A DNA stretch of 64,000 nucleotides from Candidatus Thorarchaeota archaeon (GCA_020348985.1 CP070761.1:947713-1011712); one strand, 5' to 3'. Positions 18,703-28,420 are shown, counted from the stretch's first letter. The notes: generated by a model not told the origin, from the sequence alone. A program made the numbers and translations.

Positions 18703-19761
18703 GTGGTACACTTGGCACAAACTGTACTAGAGGTCAACAACTTGGAAGCATCAGTCCCGTTTGAGGACAGACCACAGAGGTGCTTTGGACCAGTATCGTT
18801 CTCTGTCTCGCAGGGAGAATGCCTTGGCATAATTGGAGAGCGCGAGAGCGGCAAATCTACTCTCCTTCTGGCAGCTCTGGGTCTTTTTGAGAGAGTTATG
18901 CATCTGAGGATTGCATCGATGCAAGCTGTGAGGACGACGCTCTGTCGAATCCTCCCTCCGACTGTAGTACCTTCTGCTGAGAAATGGGTTGGTTCTGTGA
19001 TAGGATCATCTACTTTCCATGGGGAGAGTCTTCTGGGAGAATACAAAGACCACTCGCAAAGAGACATAGCCTTCCTTCCAGAGAACAAATCAAGCAATGA
19101 AGAAGCTCAGCTCTTCCGCAGAGATGAGGATCTCGGCGAAACTTTGCGCAAAACACTCTCTGAAACATCTTTGAGGCTAATTGAGGTGCTTGGTCTTGAC
19201 CATCTTGTAACAAAGGCAAAGGAACAGACTATCCAGTCGCTCCTTCTGAAACCTAGTGAGGTGCGTTTGATTCGTATATTTGAGGCCTTGACAGACAAAC
19301 CAAGTCTGCTTGTCATCGATGAGCCTACTGATTCTCTTGGGACGACAGATCAAGCCAATCTGATTGATGCGCTGAAAGTTGCCAGAGAAGAGACTGGACT
19401 AGCCATGATCGTCGCGACTCAGGACGCGGGATTCTTGACCGAGCTTGCGGATCGAATTGCTGTTTTGTACACCGGGAGGATTGTGGAAATGGGAGAGAAG
19501 TCAGATGTGCTCTATCAGCCCACCCATCCATATGCCTCAGGTCTAATGGCCTGTAATCCGACAATCATGATGATTCAAATGAGGAGGGGAATTAGGAAGA
19601 GACTAAGAGGTGTTCCAGGCACTCTTCCAAATCCGTGGGATTTGCCGCCAGGCTGTGCCTTTCATCCTCGGTGCAGCGAGATGGTAGAAGAGTGCAGAGT
19701 AAGCACTCCAGAAATCGATGAAAAGACGGTTGGACACTGGATAGCATGTCATCAACGATAG
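18703..19761 (+). CDS. Oligopeptide/dipeptide ABC ATP-binding protein (OppD-like, degenerate)
   Basis: GERESGKST, VIDEPT, HPYASGL, GCAFHPRC...IACH. The signature motif is not recognisable. Confidence 0.8.
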   Translation: MVHLAQTVLEVNNLEASVPFEDRPQRCFGPVSFSVSQGECLGIIGERESGKSTLLLAALGLFERVMHLRIASMQAVRTTLCRILPPTVVPSAEKWVGSVIGSSTFHGESLLGEYKDHSQRDIAFLPENKSSNEEAQLFRRDEDLGETLRKTLSETSLRLIEVLGLDHLVTKAKEQTIQSLLLKPSEVRLIRIFEALTDKPSLLVIDEPTDSLGTTDQANLIDALKVAREETGLAMIVATQDAGFLTELADRIAVLYTGRIVEMGEKSDVLYQPTHPYASGLMACNPTIMMIQMRRGIRKRLRGVPGTLPNPWDLPPGCAFHPRCSEMVEECRVSTPEIDEKTVGHWIACHQR

Positions 19762-19894
19762 ATTATTGCGCACGATAGATACCTAACACTCCCATTCTTC
19801 TACGTACGGCCATCCATAACGCTTTATTAATCATCAATAGGTGGCGCGTTCAGACACAAATAACATTCATGGGCTAGATGGAGAAAACAAAAGA

Positions 19895-20539
19895 ATGAGC
19901 AAGAAACGAAGTTCAGAATCGGATACCGAACTAACCGTGGCGATACTAGCTGGAGGAGATTCCAAGAGATTCAGATCCGAAAAAGCTCTTGCCACCTTCC
20001 ACGGGAGACCCTTGCTGACGCATATGATGGATGTCGCAAAGATGCTCTCTCAGAACACACTTGTTGTGACATCTGACGATTCACAGCAGGAACTACTTCA
20101 GGATTTGGCAGTGGATGCAAGGCTGGTGACCGATCCTGATGACGCACCCAAGGCGGCCATTACAGGTGCATTGACGGCATTTGAGTTCACGGAAACAAAA
20201 TATACGCTTCTCCTGCCAGTGGACACACCATTGGCCAAACATTCCTTGCTGCAGGTCTTGTACGAGCTTTGCCCGGGCCATGGTGCCGTTGTACCCACCT
20301 GGCCTTCTGGCCATATTGAGCCACTGCACTCCGTCTATCACGCCGAGCATGCCTATGAGAGAGGGCTGAAAGTGGTTGAAGACGGACAAATGAAAATGCG
20401 TCATCTCATAGATTCGATGACAAATGTTTTGGGCGTTTCTACTACTGTGCTCAGCAACTTCGATCCCCAGCTTGATTCCTTTTGCAACATCAACACTGAG
20501 AAGGAACTCCGAGACCTTGAGAAAAAGACACAGAGATAG
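19895..20539 (+). CDS. mobA: Molybdenum cofactor guanylyltransferase
   Basis: ILAGGDSKRF..EKA, PVDTP, EPLHSVY, NINT. Confidence 0.88.
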   Translation: MSKKRSSESDTELTVAILAGGDSKRFRSEKALATFHGRPLLTHMMDVAKMLSQNTLVVTSDDSQQELLQDLAVDARLVTDPDDAPKAAITGALTAFEFTETKYTLLLPVDTPLAKHSLLQVLYELCPGHGAVVPTWPSGHIEPLHSVYHAEHAYERGLKVVEDGQMKMRHLIDSMTNVLGVSTTVLSNFDPQLDSFCNINTEKELRDLEKKTQR

Positions 20540-20541
20540 TC

Positions 20542-21621
20542 CTACAAACCGCTCGCTTCGTGTCTAATCCGACAGGTGCCTTCATGCCCAACCATGCAGG
20601 GGCCATAGGGATCTTCAGGAGTACAGCGGGTCCCATATAGTGTGCATTCATGAGGCTCAGTCATTCCCAAGATGACCTCATGGCATTTACATCCAGGGAG
20701 TATGTCTATCGAGTCAATAGGTGGAAAATCAAATCGCTTCCGTGCATCATGATTTGAGAGTCCTTCTTTGATATAGAAGCCCGACTCTTTGATAATGCCA
20801 AGACCCCTCCACGGAGCGTCAGCCAAATCGAATGCCTCACGAAGAACTTCTTGCGCTTTTGGATTACCTTCAGGCCTTACAACTCGCGAATACTCGTTCT
20901 CGGCCGTTGCACGTCCCTCGTCGATCTGATTGAGAATCATGAGTACGCTTTGAAGGACATCCAAGGGCTCGAATCCAGCAGTGACACAGGGCACCTTGTA
21001 CTCCTTGGCAATGGGTATGAATGCATTCGTACCTATGATGGCGCTGACGTGTCCTGGTGTTATGAAGCCATCCACATTGAATCCATCGAGATTCACCAGC
21101 AACTCCATGGCAGGTGGGATAACCTTGAGCGAAGTTAGAATGGAGAAGTTTCCAGGTGGACTCCTAAGCAGCTCCACTGCCATTGTCGGCGCAGTAGTCT
21201 CAAAACCAACTCCAACAAACACTACTTCTCGACTTGGATTCAATCTAGCAATCTCAACGGCCTCAGCGACACCATATACAATCCGAACATCGGCTCCATT
21301 TGTACGTTCTTTGATGAGTGATGAGCTTGTTGACGGAACCCGCACCATGTCACCGAAGGTTGCAATCAAATGGCCTTGGCGAGCAAGCTCTATGGCCAAA
21401 TCGATGTCTTCTGCTGCACATACGCAAACGGGACAGCCGGGGCCAGCGACCAACTTGATGTTTTCGGGAAGAATAGACCGAATTCCATGGGTCGTGATTG
21501 TATCTTCGTGTGTACCGCACACGTGGACAATGCGGATTTCCCTTTCGGATGCCTTCAACGTAATCTCGTGTGCCAATGCTCTTGCATATCGAGGATCACG
21601 AAAGGATCCTTGGTCGAACAT
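20542..21621 (-). CDS. hypD: Hydrogenase maturation factor HypD
   Basis: HVCGTHE, GPGCPVCV, GFETTAP, PGHVS, PYGPCMV..EGTC. Confidence 0.96.
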   Translation of the reverse strand: MFDQGSFRDPRYARALAHEITLKASEREIRIVHVCGTHEDTITTHGIRSILPENIKLVAGPGCPVCVCAAEDIDLAIELARQGHLIATFGDMVRVPSTSSSLIKERTNGADVRIVYGVAEAVEIARLNPSREVVFVGVGFETTAPTMAVELLRSPPGNFSILTSLKVIPPAMELLVNLDGFNVDGFITPGHVSAIIGTNAFIPIAKEYKVPCVTAGFEPLDVLQSVLMILNQIDEGRATAENEYSRVVRPEGNPKAQEVLREAFDLADAPWRGLGIIKESGFYIKEGLSNHDARKRFDFPPIDSIDILPGCKCHEVILGMTEPHECTLYGTRCTPEDPYGPCMVGHEGTCRIRHEASGL

Positions 21622-21698
21622 GGTAAACAGTCTCTCCTTCGGATGTTACACTGTCAATAAAAGATGTGGCTTGTACCTGGTGATAGGAACCATATGTT

Positions 21699-22004
21699 TC
21701 AGGTTGACCTGAAGTCATCCAGGATGACCATCGCTTCGCCAATGGATATGGAGAGTTTACTTGCAAGTTCTCTGACACTGATGTTTGGGGCCTTAGGAAG
21801 AACCTTTGTTTTTGCGTACCCCGAGATGTTGGCAAAGAGAGGATTGCGCTTCACACTCTCAACAAGCACATCCCAAAACTGAGTGCCTTTGAAATCTCTG
21901 ATATCAAAATCAATTGTGACTGCTGGACGTTCAGGCAAAGAAAGGGTCTTCTTTGGCCCGTTGCCTTCGTCTTCTGTCTTGTCTGTTAATCGCCTCTGCC
22001 TCAA
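21699..22004 (-). CDS. Hypothetical small protein with C-terminal HTH-like segment
   Basis: The C-terminal part of the ORF looks protein-like (ISVRELASKLSISIGEAMVIL). The upstream extension overlaps DUF211 and was trimmed; start uncertain. Confidence 0.55.
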   Translation of the reverse strand: MRQRRLTDKTEDEGNGPKKTLSLPERPAVTIDFDIRDFKGTQFWDVLVESVKRNPLFANISGYAKTKVLPKAPNISVRELASKLSISIGEAMVILDDFRST

Positions 22005-22242
22005 TGCGGTGTCCCTTCCTAAAATCCCGGCGTGAACACAAGCAATAGTGTTCTGAGCTCGCAGCATTATAAGCCTTCGGGAGAGACGGACGTCACATTT
22101 GGACTTCGCGCTATCTGACTCAGAACAGGGACGACAACTTGCGCAAAAGCCTGATTTCGTCCTCGTAGGAAAGTTTAACAACGAAAGTTCAGGCAGCGTC
22201 ATCTGTAACTTGACCCTTTGGTCGACTGGGGATTGAAACTTA

Positions 22243-22539
22243 TTGCCTGAAGGCATTAGAAGAATAGTCCTTGACGTTTTGAAACCACATACTCCAAGGC
22301 TGACTGATTTGGCCTTGATGGTATCACGCGCTGAACAAGTAATTGGAGTTAATATCAGCCTCAAAGAGGTTGATCAGAGCACCGAGTCAATCACAATCAC
22401 TCTTGAGGGTGACAATCTGCAGTACGAGATAATCAAGGAGATCCTCGAGCAAGCAGGTGCGGTCATACACTCGATTGACCAAGTTGTCGCCGGCAAAAGA
22501 TTTGTAGAGGAAGTAAATCTGCAGCCAGAGAATAGTTAG
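22243..22539 (+). CDS. DUF211 family protein
   Basis: IRRIVLDVLKPH...GAVIHSIDQVVAG. Confidence 0.9.
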   Translation: MPEGIRRIVLDVLKPHTPRLTDLALMVSRAEQVIGVNISLKEVDQSTESITITLEGDNLQYEIIKEILEQAGAVIHSIDQVVAGKRFVEEVNLQPENS

Positions 22540-22544
22540 ATTCC

Positions 22545-23162
22545 TTATTTCCGACCTTCCAGCTCGGTAAGCAGTCGTCTACTCTCTTCCTCAATCATAC
22601 GTTTTACTAGTTTCAACAAGCCTTGCTCAAAAGCCGCTGGCACAATCTTGACAACTCTGCAAAGCTGATCCACTATCTTCTCAGCCAAGCTGTGCGCAGA
22701 AACCATGTTGCCCCGAACTATGCTACGGACGACTTCTTCGCCTACATTCCCTCTCACAACCGAGTCAATTACTCTGGCAATCGTGCCCTGAGGATCAACA
22801 TAGAAAGGAAGGTGATTCTTGTCGTGAAGGGTCTCAAACCCAATCTTGTCAACTATGCTCTCGGTGTACCATTCCAAGCTCGATTCTTTCATTCGCATCT
22901 TCGCTGCAAAATCAGTCTTTGTCAGAGGGTTGGGATGGCTCCAAGCATGTCTTATCACAATGAACAGGGCGGCGCCAAACAACGGATCGGCTTCGCGTGG
23001 AAGACCTTCTCGAGAAACATAACGACGAATCAGGTCCATGGCAAGAAATCTGTAACGTTCCTCAACCTTGTTCTCTGCGAAGAATTCGTATGCGTCGCGG
23101 ACCAAATCCACCAGCACCTGAGGGTTGACAGCAATGTCCATCTCTTCAGAACGATAGTCCAT
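22545..23162 (-). CDS. Hypothetical protein with a TFIIB/cyclin-fold-like repeat
   Basis: By-eye similarity to the second repeat of the TFB in this window. Confidence 0.6.
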   Translation of the reverse strand: MDYRSEEMDIAVNPQVLVDLVRDAYEFFAENKVEERYRFLAMDLIRRYVSREGLPREADPLFGAALFIVIRHAWSHPNPLTKTDFAAKMRMKESSLEWYTESIVDKIGFETLHDKNHLPFYVDPQGTIARVIDSVVRGNVGEEVVRSIVRGNMVSAHSLAEKIVDQLCRVVKIVPAAFEQGLLKLVKRMIEEESRRLLTELEGRK

Positions 23163-23280
23163 CTATGACATCCCTTCAGATTGCGAACCCAGCGCAACGT
23201 CCAGATGTCCCTGCGTGTGTTATATGTGTGTTGCAAGGGAAAGAGAGGTGAGCTCATTTCGCGCCCATAACTTGTGAGCA

Positions 23281-23916
23281 TTATCTAGCAACATATGTCT
23301 TCTCAAGTGCCCATCTTAGGGTCCTCTGGATTTCTGCAAGCCTCTCTTCATCACCGAAATTCTTGATGATGATACCTTGAAGTATGCCATCCTCCGCCTT
23401 GACCTCGAAGTCGAAAGCCTGATCCCAGCCAATCTCTCCATTCTCAACTCTGTGCCGATCCTCTTTCTGGAAGTTCCCGAGAATTCGTTCGACAAAGAAC
23501 CTAGCGAAAGCGCCCATCTTGATGTCATAAAGCGCGTGGTCGGCAGGCATCACTCTAAGATCTGGACCCTCAACATAGACCGTGGCCAAGTCAAGATCTC
23601 TCTCCTTGTTTAGAATGACAATCTCAGTAGGGACTTCTCTTGCCATCGCCTGCTCTGCTTCCTCTCGATCTGCTTCGTCCTCGACTGGAGAAGTCCCTAG
23701 AGCAGCCTCAGCGGTTGTGAAGCTACTTGTTCCAATCATTGAGTTCAGGGCATTGATGTACGCTTGCAGCTTCTCGATTCTCTCATTGAGCTCTTCAAGT
23801 TCTTCCTCTAGCTCCCTCCTGAGAGCCAAGAGAATTCGAATCTGTGGGTCTTCCAAAATCCACACCGTTTTACACGAGTCAGGCTTACACTGATGCTCCA
23901 TTTCTATAATACGCAT
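23281..23916 (-). CDS. Hypothetical protein (N-terminal coiled coil)
   Basis: Coiled coil LRRELEEELEELNERIEKL followed by a globular domain ending LRWALEK. Confidence 0.7.
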   Translation of the reverse strand: MRIIEMEHQCKPDSCKTVWILEDPQIRILLALRRELEEELEELNERIEKLQAYINALNSMIGTSSFTTAEAALGTSPVEDEADREEAEQAMAREVPTEIVILNKERDLDLATVYVEGPDLRVMPADHALYDIKMGAFARFFVERILGNFQKEDRHRVENGEIGWDQAFDFEVKAEDGILQGIIIKNFGDEERLAEIQRTLRWALEKTYVAR

Positions 23917-23967
23917 TGTATTATAAGAAGACCTAGTGCTCTCAATTTTCGGGTAAATAGAGGTCGG

Positions 23968-24186
23968 TTACTCTTCCTGAACAGAAATCGCGAAATCCGG
24001 ACAGTGTATTTCACACAGTCCGCACACTCGGCAAGCTTCCAAATCAACAACTACTGGGAGGAAGAATCCGCGCTCGTCTACCACTTCTGCTTTCTCGAGA
24101 ACTCCGTGAGGACAAACTGAAATGCAGATGTGGCAACCCTTGCATAATCTGGGGTCAACATTGATCTGCTTCGCTTTCTTGGCCAT
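23968..24186 (-). CDS. 2x[4Fe-4S] ferredoxin (2-oxoacid oxidoreductase delta-like)
   Basis: CKGCHICISVCP and CRVCGLCEIHCPDFAI. Confidence 0.9.
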   Translation of the reverse strand: MAKKAKQINVDPRLCKGCHICISVCPHGVLEKAEVVDERGFFLPVVVDLEACRVCGLCEIHCPDFAISVQEE

Positions 24187-24286
24187 TTGGGAGCTCTCCG
24201 TTCCGAGCGACCAAGCTAGTGAGTTATAACGGTTCTTGTCCGTTCATGAGAGCGGCGGTTAAATAGTCCAGGCCCACAAATGAGAA

Positions 24287-25036
24287 GTGAGGATGGGTGT
24301 CCACCTTTTGAAACAGTTCTTCGTCTTCCCTTGCCCAAAGTGTAAGAATTTCACCAATGCTCCAGTGCGACAGAAGCGTCGTCGCTGTAGCTTTTGTGGC
24401 CACATGATAGACGTATCAAAAGCCAACTGTGCTCTCTTTGAAAGTCCAGACGAAGCAACAGAGGCAGTCAAGTTGTTCAACGCAGCCCAGGGTGGAGAGG
24501 AGTTTCAGAAGGCAGTAGAGAGGTCAAGGGAAAGAGTATTGTCCCTAGTTCCGGATAAACGTCTAGGTCCTAATGACATCTCAGGTGAAGAGTCAATGCA
24601 ATTCCCGTCGGGCAAGGGGAAGAGACTGATGATGCTGCTTGAGAAAGAGGCATCTGAGAAACCATGCTCGTTGGGCAGATTGGAAGAACTGTGCATAGAC
24701 TATCAACTTGATTGGGACTGGGTCGAAAGTCAATTGACGAAACTCTCGAATTGGGGTTCCGTGATTTTTCCGCGTCCTTGGAGTATTCAGTTGGTAAGCG
24801 AGCATAAAAAGAAGAGGAGCAAGCTGAGCGAAGAACAGGATGTATCAGGAGCAATTGTGGAACTACTTAGAGAACTTGGAGGATCTGCTGACTACGACTC
24901 TATTGTGGGTCACTTTCTGACATTGGGTGTTGCTGAGAGTGCTGTCGAGGCATCTCTAAACAAGCTTGCGAAGACCCATCAGGTCTATCAACCGAACCCG
25001 GGAATCATGAGTCTTCTTCCGGATGAACTCGATTGA
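24287..25036 (+). CDS. DUF1922-like zinc-ribbon protein with C-terminal winged-helix-like regions
   Basis: VFPCPKC...RCSFCG; C-terminal LNKL...VYQPNPG. Confidence 0.65.
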   Translation: MRMGVHLLKQFFVFPCPKCKNFTNAPVRQKRRRCSFCGHMIDVSKANCALFESPDEATEAVKLFNAAQGGEEFQKAVERSRERVLSLVPDKRLGPNDISGEESMQFPSGKGKRLMMLLEKEASEKPCSLGRLEELCIDYQLDWDWVESQLTKLSNWGSVIFPRPWSIQLVSEHKKKRSKLSEEQDVSGAIVELLRELGGSADYDSIVGHFLTLGVAESAVEASLNKLAKTHQVYQPNPGIMSLLPDELD

Positions 25037-25063
25037 CTCTTTAGAGCTCACACTGTATGGTTA

Positions 25064-25462
25064 GTGACTGGAATGCCGATTGTGGAGCTAGTAGCGAAGA
25101 AGGTCATCGAGAGCAACCCTGACATAGGGTTAGGAGTTGTAGATATGATTGTGCTTCTGTGGCTCTACACGAATCCCTATTCAAGCCACCGAAGACAGCT
25201 CAGTAGCATGAAGAACATTCTGAAGATGACAGAGACTCTACAGAATGCAGGGGGAAAGATTGAGGTCACCGAAGATGAGTTGACACAAATCGTATTGGCC
25301 AGTCTCGGTCGACTCAAAGACAACGGTCTGGTTTACATTCGTTCAGCGGGAATCCACTTCGTCAAGGGCACACTGAGTGAGAAAGGCGTGAACTTGGTTG
25401 AGAAATCAATTGGAACGCCAGTTCTTAGGCGTATCACTGCTGAATTCGGCGACAATCCATAG
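25064..25462 (+). CDS. Hypothetical protein
   Basis: 132-aa ORF, co-directional, with a winged-helix-like C-terminus. Confidence 0.65.
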   Translation: MTGMPIVELVAKKVIESNPDIGLGVVDMIVLLWLYTNPYSSHRRQLSSMKNILKMTETLQNAGGKIEVTEDELTQIVLASLGRLKDNGLVYIRSAGIHFVKGTLSEKGVNLVEKSIGTPVLRRITAEFGDNP

Positions 25463-25531
25463 AATGCCTCTCAATCACGTTGAGAAGAGGAGTCTCAGAA
25501 TAGGAGAGATCTAGGACTACAGAACCCAATG

Positions 25532-25753
25532 TTTAAATGGTAAAGCGTTTCGAGAGCGGCCGTCGCTCTCTGAAAGCGACTGTTTCAGAATAGAAGGAAG
25601 CAGTGCAAGCCTCTAGTTCTGCTCGCGAGAACGGCTTGTATACGTGTGCCGGAATTGCTCTGGAGTGGTCGTTTGAGACACAAATATGGCTGGTCACCTC
25701 TCAATCGAGAGAACGAGGGGCAGACTAAGTCAACGCACTGGAAGTGAGGCAGT
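25532..25753 (+). promoter_or_regulatory. Putative TATA box and long structured 5' leader of the rpl22 operon
   Basis: TTTAAAT at 25532-25538, several inverted repeats between 25552 and 25640, and no convincing ORF before rpl22. Confidence 0.45.
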
Positions 25754-26218
25754 ATGCCAAGTTACGGATACAGCATAATCGGCATCGATCCCGATCGTAC
25801 GGCGGTTGCCAGTGGGAGAAACATGCGATGTTCGCCCAAGCAATGTCGGGAGGTCTGTAATGAGATCAGGGGCATGATGCTAGACAAAGCAATTGAGCTT
25901 CTCGAGGGTGTTATTGAGGAGAAGGTCTGGATTCCCTATAGACGTCACAAGAAAAAGAGAGGGCATCATTCAGGCATGAAGAAGTGGATGGCAGGTGGCC
26001 ATCCTGTCAAGGCTTCTGAGCACATTCTCAAGATTCTGAGAAATGCTGAAGGAAACGCAGACAGCAAGGGCCTGGATATTGATAGACTCAGGATTCTCCA
26101 TGCAGCGGCACATCGGGGAAGAACGTACAAGGCATACATTGAGAGAGCATTTGGAAGAAGCACTCCTTACTTCGAGAATACCTCCCACGTTGAGATAGTG
26201 GTGGAAGAGGTGGCATAG
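25754..26218 (+). CDS. rpl22: 50S ribosomal protein uL22
   Basis: SPKQCREVC, NAEGNADSKGLD, RAFGRST. Confidence 0.96.
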   Translation: MPSYGYSIIGIDPDRTAVASGRNMRCSPKQCREVCNEIRGMMLDKAIELLEGVIEEKVWIPYRRHKKKRGHHSGMKKWMAGGHPVKASEHILKILRNAEGNADSKGLDIDRLRILHAAAHRGRTYKAYIERAFGRSTPYFENTSHVEIVVEEVA

Positions 26219-27121
26219 ATGTCGGCAGTGAAGTACTTCATAGAACAGAATTCAAGGAAACTAGCGATAGATGAGTTCTTGGCTCATGAACTGAATGCAG
26301 CAGGTTACGGTGGAGTAGAGATTAGAAAGATGCCGACGAAGACGGAGGTTGTAATCGAAGCCTCTCGCCCGGGAGTTGTCATCGGTCGTCGAGGTGCCAA
26401 GATTAGAGAGCTCTCCGAGATACTTGAAACAGAGTTCGGCATTGAAAACGCTCAGCTTGAAGTTGCCGAGATAGAGAACCCTTGGCTGAATGCCCAAGTG
26501 ATGGCCTCACGCTTGGCAAGGCAACTTGAACGTGGTATTCGATTTCGAAGAATGGCCTACTGGATACTGAGAAGGGTAATGCGTGCCGGCGCGATAGGAT
26601 GCGAGATTCTCGTAAAGGGGAAGCTATCAAGCCGAAGGGCGAGATATCAGAAATTCAAGCAGGGAACAATCGCCAAGACTGGTGAGCCCGCAGACATATT
26701 CGTTGATGAGGGTAATGACACTGCAACTCTGAAGCCGGGAGTAATCGGAATCAAGGTCCGCATTATGAGACCTGATGCGAAACTGCCCGGAGTCGTCCAT
26801 GTGAAGAAGCCGAAGGTGAAGAAGCGAGTTATCCCAGAGATTGTCGAGAAGGTCGAAGAGGAAGTCTTGGTTACGACAGACGCAGAGGTCATTGATGAAG
26901 ACCTAGAAGGAATCACTGACATGGAGGAGCTCATTGAGCTTGAAGAGCTGGATGGCCTCGATCTGATTGACGAAGAGCCAGAGGAAGTAGAAGATACTCC
27001 AACAGAAACCAACGCCTCTGGGCCAGAAGAGGAAGTCACTGAAGAGCAGCCACCGGAAGAGAAAGTCGAACCACCGGCGGACGATTTGAAAGAGCTTGAG
27101 GACTTGGACGGGGGAGACTAG
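26219..27121 (+). CDS. rps3: 30S ribosomal protein uS3 with long acidic C-terminal tail
   Basis: RPGVVIGRRG KH motif, GVIGIKVRIM. Confidence 0.96.
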   Translation: MSAVKYFIEQNSRKLAIDEFLAHELNAAGYGGVEIRKMPTKTEVVIEASRPGVVIGRRGAKIRELSEILETEFGIENAQLEVAEIENPWLNAQVMASRLARQLERGIRFRRMAYWILRRVMRAGAIGCEILVKGKLSSRRARYQKFKQGTIAKTGEPADIFVDEGNDTATLKPGVIGIKVRIMRPDAKLPGVVHVKKPKVKKRVIPEIVEKVEEEVLVTTDAEVIDEDLEGITDMEELIELEELDGLDLIDEEPEEVEDTPTETNASGPEEEVTEEQPPEEKVEPPADDLKELEDLDGGD

Positions 27122-27124
27122 AAG

Positions 27125-27337
27125 ATGGCAAGACTAACTCCGAAGGACATTCGTAAGCTCACGCCCCCCGAGCGTGAGAAGAAACTGGACGAGCTCTACA
27201 ATGAACTGGCTAGCATACGTATTCAGATTGCAACGGGCGGCGGGTCTGAAAACCCATACAGAACTAGAGCAATCAAGAAAGCAATAGCGAGGATTCTAAC
27301 CATTCAGCACGAAGAAAAGATGGAGGAATCAGAATGA
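27125..27337 (+). CDS. rpl29: 50S ribosomal protein uL29
   Basis: IKKAIARILT; operon position. Confidence 0.94.
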   Translation: MARLTPKDIRKLTPPEREKKLDELYNELASIRIQIATGGGSENPYRTRAIKKAIARILTIQHEEKMEESE

Positions 27338-27615
27338 AGATCTCTCCGGACAATCTGACCAGACACGAGCTCACAGGATTGACGGCTCATATAGTAGCAT
27401 CGAGTGATCCCGGTCTTGTCTGTAGCCGCGGTGTTGTGATCGATGAATCAAGAGAGATGATTCATATTAACACAGAGCGAGGGCCGGTTCGTGCGGCGAA
27501 GCAGGTCTGCGTCCTTGATATTACACTACCGGACGGCGGTGTCGTTCGTGTCGACGGACAGAAACTTAGAGGACGTCCTGAAGAAAGACTGAAGAAACGC
27601 CTTAGGAGATGGTAG
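27334..27615 (+). CDS. rnp1: Ribonuclease P protein Rpp29/POP4
   Basis: HELTGL...GVVIDES...GRPEERLK. Confidence 0.92.
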   Translation: MKISPDNLTRHELTGLTAHIVASSDPGLVCSRGVVIDESREMIHINTERGPVRAAKQVCVLDITLPDGGVVRVDGQKLRGRPEERLKKRLRRW

Positions 27616-27617
27616 AG

Positions 27618-27983
27618 ATGTCTGATAGTAAGAGCAAGGTTCGGAACATAGGCATTCCCGATGTAGAGCCTCCTGCAAATGTATGTGACGATCCGAATTG
27701 CCCATTCCATGGCAACTTGCCGGTCAGGGGCAGAGTCATGGAAGGAACTGTGACAAGCGTCAAGATGCACAAGACGATAACATTCCAGATGGACTACTTG
27801 AGTCTGATAAGGAAGTATTCGCGTTATGAGCGGCGAAAGTCGAAGAAGCACGCCCATCTTCCACCTTGCATTGAAGTCAGGCTGGGCGACACCGTCAAAG
27901 TAGTGGAATGTAGACCGTTGGGAAAGACAGTCTCCTCGGTAGTGGTTTCAGTCACTCCATCGGAGGTCAGCGTGGAGGAGTAG
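27618..27983 (+). CDS. rps17: 30S ribosomal protein uS17
   Basis: CDDPNCPFHG, KYSRYERR, ECRPL. Confidence 0.96.
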   Translation: MSDSKSKVRNIGIPDVEPPANVCDDPNCPFHGNLPVRGRVMEGTVTSVKMHKTITFQMDYLSLIRKYSRYERRKSKKHAHLPPCIEVRLGDTVKVVECRPLGKTVSSVVVSVTPSEVSVEE

Positions 27984-27986
27984 TCA

Positions 27987-28409
27987 ATGTCAAGGAAGGT
28001 TGGAAGAGGAATTAGAAAATTCACCCCACGAATCGCTCGTGGGCTACCAATTGGAGCGAAGGTCCTATGTGCAGACAACTCCGGTGCAAAGGAGCTGAGG
28101 ATAATCACAGTCCTCGGATACAAGGGAAAGCTTAGGAAGCTCGGCAAGGCGGGAATAGGTGACCGCGTGAATGTATCAGTGACTAAAGGTAAGCAAGAAT
28201 TGCGCAAGCAAGTGCTTCAGGCCGTCATAGTAAGACAGAGAAAACCATTCCGTCGACCAGACGGGACTTGGATGCAGTTTGAGGATAACGCAGCCGTGCT
28301 GATCAAACCGGGCGGCGAACCACAAGGTTCCGAATTAAGAGGCCCCATGGCAAGAGAGGTAACTCTTCGATGGCCGCGAGTTGCGGCAATCGCATCGAAG
28401 ATTGTGTGA
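27987..28409 (+). CDS. rpl14: 50S ribosomal protein uL14
   Basis: CADNSGAK, FEDNAAV. Confidence 0.96.
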   Translation: MSRKVGRGIRKFTPRIARGLPIGAKVLCADNSGAKELRIITVLGYKGKLRKLGKAGIGDRVNVSVTKGKQELRKQVLQAVIVRQRKPFRRPDGTWMQFEDNAAVLIKPGGEPQGSELRGPMAREVTLRWPRVAAIASKIV

Positions 28410-28420
28410 GGTTGAGCTAG

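Noticed and set aside
20981-21712. Long antisense ORFs such as the 243-aa ORF opposite hypD, and similar ones across the window
   Set aside because: Shadow frames of well-supported genes on the opposite strand.
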